From assembly GCA_943356375.1 (NCBI GenBank), contig CALRET010000001.1, positions 1 to 48,437 on the forward strand: a DNA stretch of 48,437 nucleotides, in the 5' to 3' direction. This stretch comes from Candidatus Nomurabacteria bacterium (GTDB lineage: Bacteria > Patescibacteriota > Minisyncoccia > Phycocordibacterales > UBA9973). Position 1 is the stretch's first letter. Each line of letters opens with the position of its first letter. Shown here one piece after another: positions 10,011-19,255 of this stretch. The position numbers and the translations under genes were made by a program. The notes beneath the pieces are model-generated. The model did not search any database and was not told the DNA's origin. It saw nothing but the letters and a program-made list of their open reading frames with translations.

Positions 10011-10463
10011 TTATAGAGGTAAACGATTGAAACGAGAAATTGCTTTTTGTTTTAGTTCCTCTTGTTCTTTAAGTTTTTTTACCTCGGTATCTTTTTCTGC
10101 TTCTCCTAAACCAAGAGTCCAGAAGAATATAGTTAAAACACATGAAGCAAAAAATATTTCAATAACGATGTTTTGTGAAAAAACAGTAGTTAATTCTTTC
10201 CCAAAATAACCGAGAATAAAATCTATTAACAGAAAGATATACATAATAATTCTGTATTTTTTAGATACAACAGTGTCTGCGGTATAAAGAGCCGATCCTG
10301 GTTGTTGTGCCTCAGTTTTAGTGACACCTTCTTCTTCAACAGGTATTTCTCCTTCTCCGAAGCAGGTAGGGCAGGTGTATTGAGAAGTAATGATTGAAGA
10401 ATGATTACCTCTTTTGTATTTTTTACCTTCACCGTGACAGCTGGGGCAAATCTTTGTTTTCAT
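10011..10463 (-). CDS. Membrane protein with a DnaJ-type zinc finger
   Basis: CPSCHGEG and CPTCFGEG (two CxxCxGxG motifs) followed by two hydrophobic helices. Confidence 0.7.
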   Translation of the reverse strand: MKTKICPSCHGEGKKYKRGNHSSIITSQYTCPTCFGEGEIPVEEEGVTKTEAQQPGSALYTADTVVSKKYRIIMYIFLLIDFILGYFGKELTTVFSQNIVIEIFFASCVLTIFFWTLGLGEAEKDTEVKKLKEQEELKQKAISRFNRLPL

Positions 10464-10577
10464 GTTGTGTAAGAATATTCTGTGTGGAATTTAACATATA
10501 AAAATAACATCGTCAATATCTATATTAGTAATATAAAAACCCGCTCAAGCGGGTCTGATGAAATTTTAAATCCGTAC

Positions 10578-10766
10578 TCATCCTCCAAAGACCATAGTTC
10601 TGGGTGGTTTTCCGCATTTACTGCATGCGTAATTTATTGAACCTTTTTTGAGACTGATAGGGGTATATTTTTTGCAGGTGCAATATCCTGGACCGGTGGG
10701 TCTTTCGGTTCGAATTTTGTTTTTCTTTCTAATAAGTCTTTGCGCAAGCCAGGTTAGTAAACTCAT
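10578..10766 (-). CDS. Small basic zinc-ribbon-like protein
   Basis: 62 aa from ATG 10766; CTC...CSKC; terminator-like hairpin downstream at 10535-10556. Confidence 0.45.
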   Translation of the reverse strand: MSLLTWLAQRLIRKKNKIRTERPTGPGYCTCKKYTPISLKKGSINYACSKCGKPPRTMVFGG

Positions 10767-10825
10767 TATAATAGGGTATCTCTGTTCGCAGTATAGCGAT
10801 ATATTGAATTTTAGCAAGCAGTGGG

Positions 10826-10875
10826 GTATACCCTAGCACTTACTTCTTTGCAAAGAAGTAAGTGCTAGGGTATAC
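10826..10875. repeat. 50-bp perfect palindrome overlapping the ileS promoter
   Basis: GTATACCCTAGCACTTACTTCTTTG|CAAAGAAGTAAGTGCTAGGGTATAC; contains TTGCAA-17-TATACT. Confidence 0.9.
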
Positions 10876-10885
10876 TCGAAGTATA

Positions 10886-11036
10886 GACGGTGAAGGAGCT
10901 ATCACTCTGGAGTCTTGGGAAGAAATCCTTGCAAAAGGGGAATAGAACCCACTAATTAAGAAGCAACTAAGGTGGTACCACGAGTAGAAACTCGTCCTTG
11001 GATTATGATTATTCATAGTTCGTGGACGAGTTTTTT
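10886..11036 (+). promoter_or_regulatory. T-box riboswitch (Ile specifier) with ultrashort stem I and intrinsic terminator
   Basis: ATC at 10901-10903 in a terminal loop; stem II GGGAAGAA...TAGAACCC; antiterminator AAGG-TGGTACC-ACGAG/CTCGT-CCTT; terminator 10988-11036 with T-tract; directly upstream of ileS. Confidence 0.9.
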
Positions 11037-11057
11037 ATTTTTAATTAATCTAAAACA

Positions 11058-14000
11058 ATGGAAGAAAACAATCAAAACAAATCAACCGTAGCTCTCGAAC
11101 CTAAACACACCAAGTCTAGTGCATCGGTCAGGGAGGAAGCAGTTTTGCAATTCTGGAAAGAAAATAATGTATTTGAAAAAACATTAGAAAAAGAATCTCC
11201 AAAAGGTGATTTCGTTTTCTATGATGGTCCACCAACAGCAAACGGAAAGCCGGGAATTCACCATCTCGAACCGCGCGCATTCAAGGATGCGATTCCTCGC
11301 TATAAAACAATGCAGGGATTTCATGTGCGCCGTAAAGGGGGATGGGATACACATGGATTGCCAGTGGAACTTCAAGTGGAAAAAGCGCTCGGACTCAAAT
11401 CAAAAAAAGAAATTGAACAATACGGTATTGAGAAATTTAATGCCGAATGTCGAAAAAGTGTCTGGACTTATATTGACGAATGGGAGAGATTTACCGATCG
11501 CATGGGGTATTGGATCGATCATGAGAATCCATATCGAACGTATGACAATTCATATATTCAATCGCTCTGGAATGTCGTCAAAAAAATAGACGATCAAAAC
11601 TTGCTATATAAAGATTACAAAGTTGTCCCATATTGTCCACGCTGTGGAACCGCTCTTTCTTCTCACGAACTTGCACAAGGATATCAAGATGATACAGATC
11701 TTTCAGTTACAGCAAAATTTAAAATCGTTGGTGTTGAAAATGGATATTTTTTAGCTTGGACAACAACACCATGGACACTTCCAGGTAATGTTGGATTGGC
11801 TGTAGGTAGTGATATTACGTATGTTGAAGCAAAAGTTGGTAATCAAATTTTAGTACTTGCAAAAGACCGCCTTTCAATAATTACTGAACCTTACGAAGTT
11901 GTTGCGGAACATAAGGGTTCAGAAATGGTTGGCATGCAATACGAACCACTGTATCCATATCTTGCAGAGCTTGATAAAGGAGATGAGAAATTAAATAACG
12001 CATACAAGGTGTACGCGGCAGATTTTGTGACCACAACTGATGGTACTGGAATTGTTCACACTGCTGTTATGTATGGACAAGAAGACTTTGAACTCGGAAC
12101 AAAAGTTGGATTACCAAAATTCCACCTCGTAAATCCAGACGGAACATTCATTACTGGCACTGGTATCTTTGAAGGAAGATTTGTAAAAGACGAAGCAGTT
12201 GCAGTGGACGTCATCAAAGACCTTGCACACAGAGGATTACTATTCAAAAAAGAAAAATATACGCACAGTTATCCGCATTGCTGGCGCTGTTCGACTCCGC
12301 TCATCTATTACGCACGTGATTCATGGTATATCGGCATGTCAAAACTCCGCGATAAACTTGTTGCAGAAAACGAAGGTATTAATTGGGAACCATCTCATGT
12401 AAAAGAGGGTCGCTTTGGCGAATGGATTCGCGAAGTGAAAGATTGGGCGATTTCCCGTGAACGATATTGGGGAACGCCACTTCCTATTTGGGTTGCGGAA
12501 GACGGAGAAAAATTTGTCGTTGATTCGTTTGAAACATTGAAGAAATATACCAAGAAATCAGGAAACAAATATGTTGTCATGCGACATGGTGAATCGACTC
12601 ACAATGTGGATTGGTTATGTAGTTCTGTTGCGGGTTATCCTCATCATCTTACTGATAGTGGTAAGGCAACAGTTCTAGAGACGGCACAAGAATTTAAAAG
12701 TAAAAATATTACAGCAATATACTGTTCTCCCTTTCTCCGTACAAAAGAAACAGCAGAGATTGTCGCTGATGCGATCGGCTTCGACAAGTCAAAAATAATC
12801 TATGATGATCGGATTGCTGAATTTAAATTCGGTGATTTTCATCTGAAACCATTTCCAGAATATATAGCATGGAGAAAAGAAACAGGAGACTCTATTGATT
12901 TACAAGCACCAAATGGAGAGAGTATCTCAGATGCGCGTCATCGTTTTGCATCATTCTTTTATGATATTGATCAGCAACATAAGAATGAAACTGTTTTAGT
13001 TGTTACTCATGGCATCGGACTTGAAACACTTCCGGCCGTTGAGTGTGGATATGATAAAAAACAGATGTGGGAGAAGTGGCACATGAATCTGGTTGCTCCA
13101 GGAAAATTTCAAGATTTCAATTTTATTCCATTACCACACAATGAGATCTATGAACTTGATGTACATCGACCATTTATAGATAAGATTGTCCTTGAGAAAA
13201 ACGGTAAGCAATTTACGCGTGTTAAAGAAGTCATGGATGTCTGGTTTGATTCTGGTGCGATGCCGTTTGCACAGGATGGGTATCCGTTTCTCACTGACAA
13301 GATGTATTATCCAGCAGACTTCATTGCCGAAGGGCTCGACCAAACACGCGGTTGGTTCTATACACTCCATGCTGTGGGTGCACTCATGGGTACAGGGAAG
13401 GCATATAAAAATGTAATCTGCCTTGGGCTTATTCTTGATAAAGATGGTAAGAAAATGTCGAAATCAAAAGGAAATGTCGTTGATCCGTGGATGATGATGG
13501 ATAAATATGGCGCCGACACTCTCCGCTTGTGGATGTATGCGGTGAACCAGCCAGGGGATTCAAAAAACTTCGACGAGAAAACTGTTGCAGAACTTCATAA
13601 CAAAGTATTTAACCTGCTCTATAACGTACTCGCATTCTACGAGCTGTATCGTGATAGAGAACTTGAACGTGATATTGATGCTGATCCTGCAACTTCCACT
13701 AATCCTCTGGATCAATGGATATTTGTTCGACTGGCAGAATTGACAGAAACTATGACGGCAAATCTAGAAAGTTATAAATTGCTTGAACCGGTTCGTGCGA
13801 TGCGTGAATTCATCGACGATCTTTCGACGTGGTATGTTCGCCGATCACGTGATCGATTAAAAGAAGGATCTCTCGTTTCTAAAAAAACTTTGTACGTAGT
13901 CTTAAAAACTGTTGCAAAGTTACTTGCACCATTCGCACCTTTTGCTGCAGAGGATATTTGGCAACGACTCCGTCAGTCATCAGATGAACTTTCAGTTCAC

Positions 14001-14528
14001 CTCGTATCTTGGCCGGAGTCGCAGGTTCTAGTTTCTAGTGGCGAGGTTCTAGAAAAAATGCGAATTGTACGAGAAATTGTATCTTTAGGATTAGAAGCAA
14101 GACAGAAAGCGGGAATTAAAGTTAAACAACCACTTAGTAAATTAAAAGTTAAAAATGAAGAGTTAAAAAGCGAATACCTAGAACTTATAAAAGAAGAATT
14201 GAATATAAAAGAAGTTGTTTTTGGTGATGAATTTGAACTCAATACTGAAATAACTGAAGAATTAAAGAAAGAAGGGCAGATAAGAGAACTTATTAGAGGC
14301 TTTCAAGATGAACGTAAACGATTAGGCCTAAACCCAGCTGATGTGATTAATCTCTTGGTTGAAACTGATAATAAGGGAAATGAAATTATAGAATTATTTA
14401 AAGACGAAATTAAAAAAATAGTAAATATTAGGGAACTTTCATTGCAAAAAAATGAAGGGGATATAATTTCCATTGATGATATGAATTTCAAGTTTTCTAT
14501 AAAAATGCTCTATACTAAAGAGGTATGA
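11058..14528 (+). CDS. ileS: Isoleucine--tRNA ligase (type 2) with an inserted histidine-phosphatase domain
   Basis: FYDGPPTANGKPGIHH, GWDTHGLP, WTTTPWTLP, DWAISRERYWG, KMSKS; insert with VMRHGES, SPFLRTKETA, VVTHG. Confidence 0.97.
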   Translation: MEENNQNKSTVALEPKHTKSSASVREEAVLQFWKENNVFEKTLEKESPKGDFVFYDGPPTANGKPGIHHLEPRAFKDAIPRYKTMQGFHVRRKGGWDTHGLPVELQVEKALGLKSKKEIEQYGIEKFNAECRKSVWTYIDEWERFTDRMGYWIDHENPYRTYDNSYIQSLWNVVKKIDDQNLLYKDYKVVPYCPRCGTALSSHELAQGYQDDTDLSVTAKFKIVGVENGYFLAWTTTPWTLPGNVGLAVGSDITYVEAKVGNQILVLAKDRLSIITEPYEVVAEHKGSEMVGMQYEPLYPYLAELDKGDEKLNNAYKVYAADFVTTTDGTGIVHTAVMYGQEDFELGTKVGLPKFHLVNPDGTFITGTGIFEGRFVKDEAVAVDVIKDLAHRGLLFKKEKYTHSYPHCWRCSTPLIYYARDSWYIGMSKLRDKLVAENEGINWEPSHVKEGRFGEWIREVKDWAISRERYWGTPLPIWVAEDGEKFVVDSFETLKKYTKKSGNKYVVMRHGESTHNVDWLCSSVAGYPHHLTDSGKATVLETAQEFKSKNITAIYCSPFLRTKETAEIVADAIGFDKSKIIYDDRIAEFKFGDFHLKPFPEYIAWRKETGDSIDLQAPNGESISDARHRFASFFYDIDQQHKNETVLVVTHGIGLETLPAVECGYDKKQMWEKWHMNLVAPGKFQDFNFIPLPHNEIYELDVHRPFIDKIVLEKNGKQFTRVKEVMDVWFDSGAMPFAQDGYPFLTDKMYYPADFIAEGLDQTRGWFYTLHAVGALMGTGKAYKNVICLGLILDKDGKKMSKSKGNVVDPWMMMDKYGADTLRLWMYAVNQPGDSKNFDEKTVAELHNKVFNLLYNVLAFYELYRDRELERDIDADPATSTNPLDQWIFVRLAELTETMTANLESYKLLEPVRAMREFIDDLSTWYVRRSRDRLKEGSLVSKKTLYVVLKTVAKLLAPFAPFAAEDIWQRLRQSSDELSVHLVSWPESQVLVSSGEVLEKMRIVREIVSLGLEARQKAGIKVKQPLSKLKVKNEELKSEYLELIKEELNIKEVVFGDEFELNTEITEELKKEGQIRELIRGFQDERKRLGLNPADVINLLVETDNKGNEIIELFKDEIKKIVNIRELSLQKNEGDIISIDDMNFKFSIKMLYTKEV

Positions 14529-15268
14529 AATTAGTCACACTTAACACATGGGGAGGGAAGATAAAAGAACCGCTTATTAAATTTATTCAGAATAAATCAA
14601 AAGAAATAGATATCTTCTGTTTTCAAGAGGTGTATTCTGATGCAAAAGGGAAGATTAGTGAAGTTGATTTTCCAGGAAGAGTGTTAGATCTTTTTCAAAA
14701 TGTTCAATCAGTATTAACTACACATACTGGTTTCTTTAAACCAAACACCTTTGACCATTACGGAGTTGCTGTTTTTATACAAAGAGATATTAAAATTCTT
14801 GAAGAGGGTGATATTTTTATTTACAAAAAAAGTGCAGAAGATTATGTTGATGAAGACGGTTCTAATCATCCACGTAATCTACAGTATGTTCTTCTGGAAA
14901 AGGAGAGTAAAAAGTTTGTTGTGGTAAATGTGCATGGACTTTGGACTGGTACCGGAAAGAAAGATACAGTAGAAAGAATTGAACAGTCAAATAAAATAAA
15001 AGAGTTCTTATCTCGATTTGATTGCCCAATTATTCTTGCTGGTGATTTCAATCTTGAACCAGAGACTGAAAGTGTCAGGATTCTCGAAAGTGGTATGAAG
15101 AATCTTATTAAGGAATATAATATTAAAAATACACGAACTTCGCATTATACAAAAGAAGGACGTTTTGCTGATTATATATTCACGAAAGATATGCACGTTA
15201 CTGATTTTAAGGTATTACCAGATGAAGTATCTGATCATGCACCGCTCTATTTAGATTTTGATATATGA
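14525..15268 (+). CDS. Endonuclease/exonuclease/phosphatase family protein
   Basis: LVTLN, DIFCFQEV, NVHG, GDFN, DYIF, SDH. Confidence 0.92.
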   Translation: MKLVTLNTWGGKIKEPLIKFIQNKSKEIDIFCFQEVYSDAKGKISEVDFPGRVLDLFQNVQSVLTTHTGFFKPNTFDHYGVAVFIQRDIKILEEGDIFIYKKSAEDYVDEDGSNHPRNLQYVLLEKESKKFVVVNVHGLWTGTGKKDTVERIEQSNKIKEFLSRFDCPIILAGDFNLEPETESVRILESGMKNLIKEYNIKNTRTSHYTKEGRFADYIFTKDMHVTDFKVLPDEVSDHAPLYLDFDI

Positions 15269-15807
15269 AAACACTGATTATAGATAATGGTTCAAAATGG
15301 ATTACCCAGCTCTGCGAATTGATTGTTGATGAAAAAGTTATTATTGGTATGAAGGATATTTCTTCTGTTGATACTGAATCATTTGATTTAATAGTTCTGT
15401 CCGGATCCCGTAACGGACCATCTGTCCTCACTAATGATCTTTTGGGTGAGGAGTTCGATCTGGTTAAGAAATCCCAAATTCCAATTATTGGCGTGTGCTA
15501 TGGAGCGGAGGTTATCGTCTATAGTTATGGTGGACTACTCGAACGAATGGATGGAGATCACAGAGGGGTAACGACTCTTCATCTCATAGAAGGAAAAGAT
15601 GTAAAAGTATACGAAGCTCATCATTTCAGAATCAAAAAACTTCCGGAAGATTTTATTGTATTAGGGAGAACAGAGCATGCAATTGAATTCTTCAAGCATG
15701 TACATAAACCAATTTACGGACTTCAGTTTCATCCGGAAGCTTTTGTGGATAGTACGGAAGGGAAGGAAATCCTTATGGGAATTATTAGTGATATAATGAA
15801 AAAGTGA
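15265..15807 (+). CDS. Stand-alone class I glutamine amidotransferase-like protein
   Basis: LIIDNGS, GVCYG, LQFHPE (Cys-His-Glu triad). Confidence 0.88.
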   Translation: MKTLIIDNGSKWITQLCELIVDEKVIIGMKDISSVDTESFDLIVLSGSRNGPSVLTNDLLGEEFDLVKKSQIPIIGVCYGAEVIVYSYGGLLERMDGDHRGVTTLHLIEGKDVKVYEAHHFRIKKLPEDFIVLGRTEHAIEFFKHVHKPIYGLQFHPEAFVDSTEGKEILMGIISDIMKK

Positions 15808-16427
15808 AAAAAGTAATTATTGTACATGGCTGGGGATTTACACCAGAAGATAATTGGTATCCATGGTTAAAAGGTGAACTTATCGAGCGAGGTTTTGACG
15901 TAGTCGTTCCGGAAATGTCAGAAACATTGGTACCACATATTACTGTGTGGGTGGATAATCTCAGGGAAGCAGTCGAAAATTCTTCGGAAGATATGATACT
16001 TATTGGGCACAGTATTGGATGTCAGACCATTATTCGCTATCTCGCAGAGACAGATAGACTAAACCATTTTGATAAAAATGGTCGTCCGATCAGCAAAGCT
16101 GATTTAGGAAAAGTTATTTTAGTTGCTGGATGGTTTCAGTTGGACAGGGGAGTTATTGATGAGGAAATTAAAAAATATGGACAGATAGTTAGAGAGGTGG
16201 CAGATGAATGGGAGCAGACGCCAATTGATTTTGAAAAAGCGAAAAGTAATTGCGCAGATATTTCAGTGTTACTTTCTTCAAATGAACCATATGGTTGTGT
16301 TTCAGAGAACAAGAAAGTATTTGAAGAAAAACTCGGGGCAACTGTTACAGTTCTTGAAAACAGCGGACATTTCACTACTGATGATGGTATAACTGAAATT
16401 CCTGAAATTTTGGAATATATAAAATAA
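15804..16427 (+). CDS. Alpha/beta hydrolase, RBBP9/YdeN family
   Basis: IVHGW, NWYPWL, GHSIG, GHF. Confidence 0.88.
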   Translation: MKKVIIVHGWGFTPEDNWYPWLKGELIERGFDVVVPEMSETLVPHITVWVDNLREAVENSSEDMILIGHSIGCQTIIRYLAETDRLNHFDKNGRPISKADLGKVILVAGWFQLDRGVIDEEIKKYGQIVREVADEWEQTPIDFEKAKSNCADISVLLSSNEPYGCVSENKKVFEEKLGATVTVLENSGHFTTDDGITEIPEILEYIK

Positions 16428-16456
16428 AACAGCCGCGTGGTGCGGCTGTGTTTTGT

Positions 16457-16996
16457 TTACAATTCCATTGCAAATTTGTATTCAACTTTCTGCAACTCTT
16501 TTGCTTGGTCAAGGAAATATTTTTTCCCCATGATATCTTCTGCACGTTCAGCAATTAAATAATAGTTTGCTAAAATTCTCATCTTCTGCACAATTTTGAA
16601 TTTCTTGTCCCATAATACATTTTCAGCAAAAATATCTTCTGCAATTTTGAAAGCTTTGGGTAGTCCAGCAATCTCATACTGTCCTTCTTTAAAATGCCAT
16701 GTAATTAAACCTGTTTCTTTCATGTACCCTTCAAATATGATACTCCCGGGACCTGTGTGGCTTCCAGGTATAGATCCATCGAGAACTAGTATATCGCATA
16801 GTGTTAAATAGAGATCTTTGTTCCCCTCAAATACACGCAGGTATTCAGATGCTGGTATTGATAAAAGTTTTATTACTTCAGTATCCAGGGTAATTGGAGA
16901 GTCTTTTGTGTTTTTTATTAGATTAGAAAGGGTCGCCAGCTGGAAATTACTCAAGACATGTTTTTTAAGTATGTCGCTTAAAATGGGTTTTTTCAT
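16457..16996 (-). CDS. Hypothetical protein
   Basis: 179-aa ORF between a hairpin at 16428-16452 and a TTGACA-like promoter near 17050. Confidence 0.6.
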   Translation of the reverse strand: MKKPILSDILKKHVLSNFQLATLSNLIKNTKDSPITLDTEVIKLLSIPASEYLRVFEGNKDLYLTLCDILVLDGSIPGSHTGPGSIIFEGYMKETGLITWHFKEGQYEIAGLPKAFKIAEDIFAENVLWDKKFKIVQKMRILANYYLIAERAEDIMGKKYFLDQAKELQKVEYKFAMEL

Positions 16997-17096
16997 TTAT
17001 ATAAAAACATATATCTATATTCAAAATACTCAAAAAACTTGAAACTGTCAATGTCGTGTTGCCTGCTAGAGGTTGATAGAATGCGTACCTAGAGAT

Positions 17097-17528
17097 ATGC
17101 TAAAAACACTCGAAAAAATTCCTGTTCGGGTAGTTGCATGGATGTGTCGGATAAATCCTGCTATTCAAACATGGCATATAGAACTCGTGTTCGTTGTTAT
17201 TGTTTTAGTTGCGGTCGGAATTATTTCCGGCAAGGGACTTGTTGAATGGATTGGTATTATTGCAGTCCTCTTTAATTTTGCTTATGTGCAAATCGCGGAC
17301 CGGCTCGAAGAGCGGGAAGCGAAGCGCTATCATATAGATAAAAAAGTAGAAGTGCATTGCTATTGGAAACTCAAATATTATTTCTACGCAAAAGAGATTT
17401 CATTTTTCGCCTATTTCTTTTTGCTCCACGCATGGGCAGCATTAGTCGGAGTATTCATCTTTCTCTTGTATCCGATCTGGCGCAAAGCATGGAGAAAATA
17501 TCATCCGCTTGATAGGGATAAAATATAA
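17097..17528 (+). CDS. Hypothetical membrane protein
   Basis: Several hydrophobic helices; ATG at 17097 preferred. Confidence 0.7.
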   Translation: MLKTLEKIPVRVVAWMCRINPAIQTWHIELVFVVIVLVAVGIISGKGLVEWIGIIAVLFNFAYVQIADRLEEREAKRYHIDKKVEVHCYWKLKYYFYAKEISFFAYFFLLHAWAALVGVFIFLLYPIWRKAWRKYHPLDRDKI

Positions 17529-17537
17529 AAACCCCGA

Positions 17538-17864
17538 TCACTCAGGGTTTTGTTTAAGGTCTATTTCTTCATATATACAATATCTATTACGGACAAATTC
17601 TTCACTTGGGGAATTTTCTGTGATAGGGGAGCAGAAGTATTGCACAGATATATCACCAACTATCATACCGACACAGATGAATATTTTTTTCACCCCAGCT
17701 TCACGAAGAAGGGCTATAAATTCATTCCAGTATGGATTGTCTCGATATCCTTTTTTATAAGAATATTTTTGACTGAAGATGGCGATCGATAACTGTAGAT
17801 ACTTTCTAAAATATTTCTCAGCGTAGAGTGGGTGCAAACTGTTATCGATGCAAGAAAACTTCAT
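17538..17864 (-). CDS. Hypothetical protein
   Basis: 108-aa ORF overlapping the upstream ORF by 23 bp and ending inside a terminator hairpin. Confidence 0.4.
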   Translation of the reverse strand: MKFSCIDNSLHPLYAEKYFRKYLQLSIAIFSQKYSYKKGYRDNPYWNEFIALLREAGVKKIFICVGMIVGDISVQYFCSPITENSPSEEFVRNRYCIYEEIDLKQNPE

Positions 17865-18414
17865 CTCTAAATATTTCAGTCATACTCACACTCCCTTCCA
17901 AGATTGTTTTAATTTCTCTCTGAAGGTCTGCTACCGGCATATTGAACCACGCTTTTTCACTCGAGATTCCATATTTTCTTGAACCTTTGTAGCTCTGGTT
18001 GAATATAAGAGATATGGAATGTGTTCCATATCTGCTTACTGTTTCTTTAATCAAAACATTGAAATTTTTATAGGACACTTTCGTTTGTTCATCTAATGTT
18101 TTTCGTATCATTAAAAAATCAAACTCGTTTCTTTTTGTTGATAGTGTGGCACCAGCTACATCTCGTACAAATTTACCATCAAATTCAAACTCCCAGTTAT
18201 TGTTGGTGAATTGTATAAAATTTCTACCTTTTGTATTTGCACGAAATAGTGGAATTGATCCAAGCCAGTAAATTTGTTCTTCTGATTTGTTAATACCATC
18301 ATCTTTGAAACTTCTTAAATGTTTACAAGTTTCATATGCCCAATCATGAAATTTCTGGTCAGTTCTCAAGAAATTTGCTGCAACCAATTCCTCTATGGCT
18401 ATCAATGTTCCCAT
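17842..18414 (-). CDS. Hypothetical protein
   Basis: 190-aa ORF with an upstream TTGACA (18462-18467). Confidence 0.6.
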   Translation of the reverse strand: MGTLIAIEELVAANFLRTDQKFHDWAYETCKHLRSFKDDGINKSEEQIYWLGSIPLFRANTKGRNFIQFTNNNWEFEFDGKFVRDVAGATLSTKRNEFDFLMIRKTLDEQTKVSYKNFNVLIKETVSRYGTHSISLIFNQSYKGSRKYGISSEKAWFNMPVADLQREIKTILEGSVSMTEIFRDEVFLHR

Positions 18415-18530
18415 GTATCTAAAGATTTGTCTGAGCTAAAACTACATGAAAATGCAGTATTTGTCAAGCCATCCAGAGCGACTTACGGTCGCTCTGGATT
18501 CTGTATTTGGTATAATATATCTGTATTTCT

Positions 18531-18562
18531 TAAACCCTAAACCCTAAACCCTAAACCCTAGC
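18531..18562. repeat. Heptamer tandem repeat (TAAACCC)x4
   Basis: TAAACCC TAAACCC TAAACCC TAAACCC TAG immediately before the recO ATG. Confidence 0.9.
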
Positions 18563-18565
18563 CCC

Positions 18566-19153
18566 ATGCACCACATCTATCACACAGAAGCCATCATCAT
18601 ATATCACGGCAACATCGGCGAAGCAAACCGGCTTTTTACTATTTTCACCCGCGACCTCGGTATGATCAAGGCGACCGCGCAATCCGTCCGTCTTGCTAAA
18701 TCAAAACTTCGCCCGTCGCTCCAAGATTACAATCTCATCTCACTTGATGTCGTGCAGGGGAAGGGCGGTGTATGGAGAATCGTAAATGCGCGCAAGAAAG
18801 ATACGCTCGAATTTTTGACGACCAATAAGAAAAAATACAGCGCATGGATAAAAACATTGTATCTATTGAGAGAACTGTATCATGGAGAAGACCCACACCC
18901 AGAACTGTTTGATGATTTAGTAAGCGAGTATACTCATTTTTCTCAGCCAGTATTCGCTGAAGATTGGATTGAACTTTTTGAAACGATCATGGCTTTCCGT
19001 GTTGTATCAGCACTTGGCTATGGTGAGGCCCATGAGACACTCACACCAGCCCTCTATGGCCCTGTTGATCTTCCACTCCTCGTCTCGCTTTCCAAAGAAA
19101 AAAAACTGATCATCAGTTCCGTAAATAATGCTCTTCGCGAGGCATCGGTATAA
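18566..19153 (+). CDS. recO: DNA repair protein RecO (short CPR-type)
   Basis: TEAIII...GEANRLFTIFTRDLGMIKATAQSVRLAKSKLRPSL (N-terminal OB fold). Confidence 0.85.
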   Translation: MHHIYHTEAIIIYHGNIGEANRLFTIFTRDLGMIKATAQSVRLAKSKLRPSLQDYNLISLDVVQGKGGVWRIVNARKKDTLEFLTTNKKKYSAWIKTLYLLRELYHGEDPHPELFDDLVSEYTHFSQPVFAEDWIELFETIMAFRVVSALGYGEAHETLTPALYGPVDLPLLVSLSKEKKLIISSVNNALREASV

Positions 19154-19255
19154 TATTTTCACTGAGTTATAAAATCTTGTTTGTCTTGGATTTCGCATTT
19201 TCTATAACCTACAAGCTTTAACCTATCACCTGTCTCATGGTATAATGCAACCAAT

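Noticed and set aside
17538..18414. A single frameshifted gene
   Set aside because: The second ORF has its own ATG with a short overlap, and no slippery site or homology supports a fusion.
18531..18562. (CCCTAAA)n identical to the plant telomere repeat, suggesting contamination
   Set aside because: Only four units, embedded between a bacterial -10 box and recO; it fits the local heptamer family.
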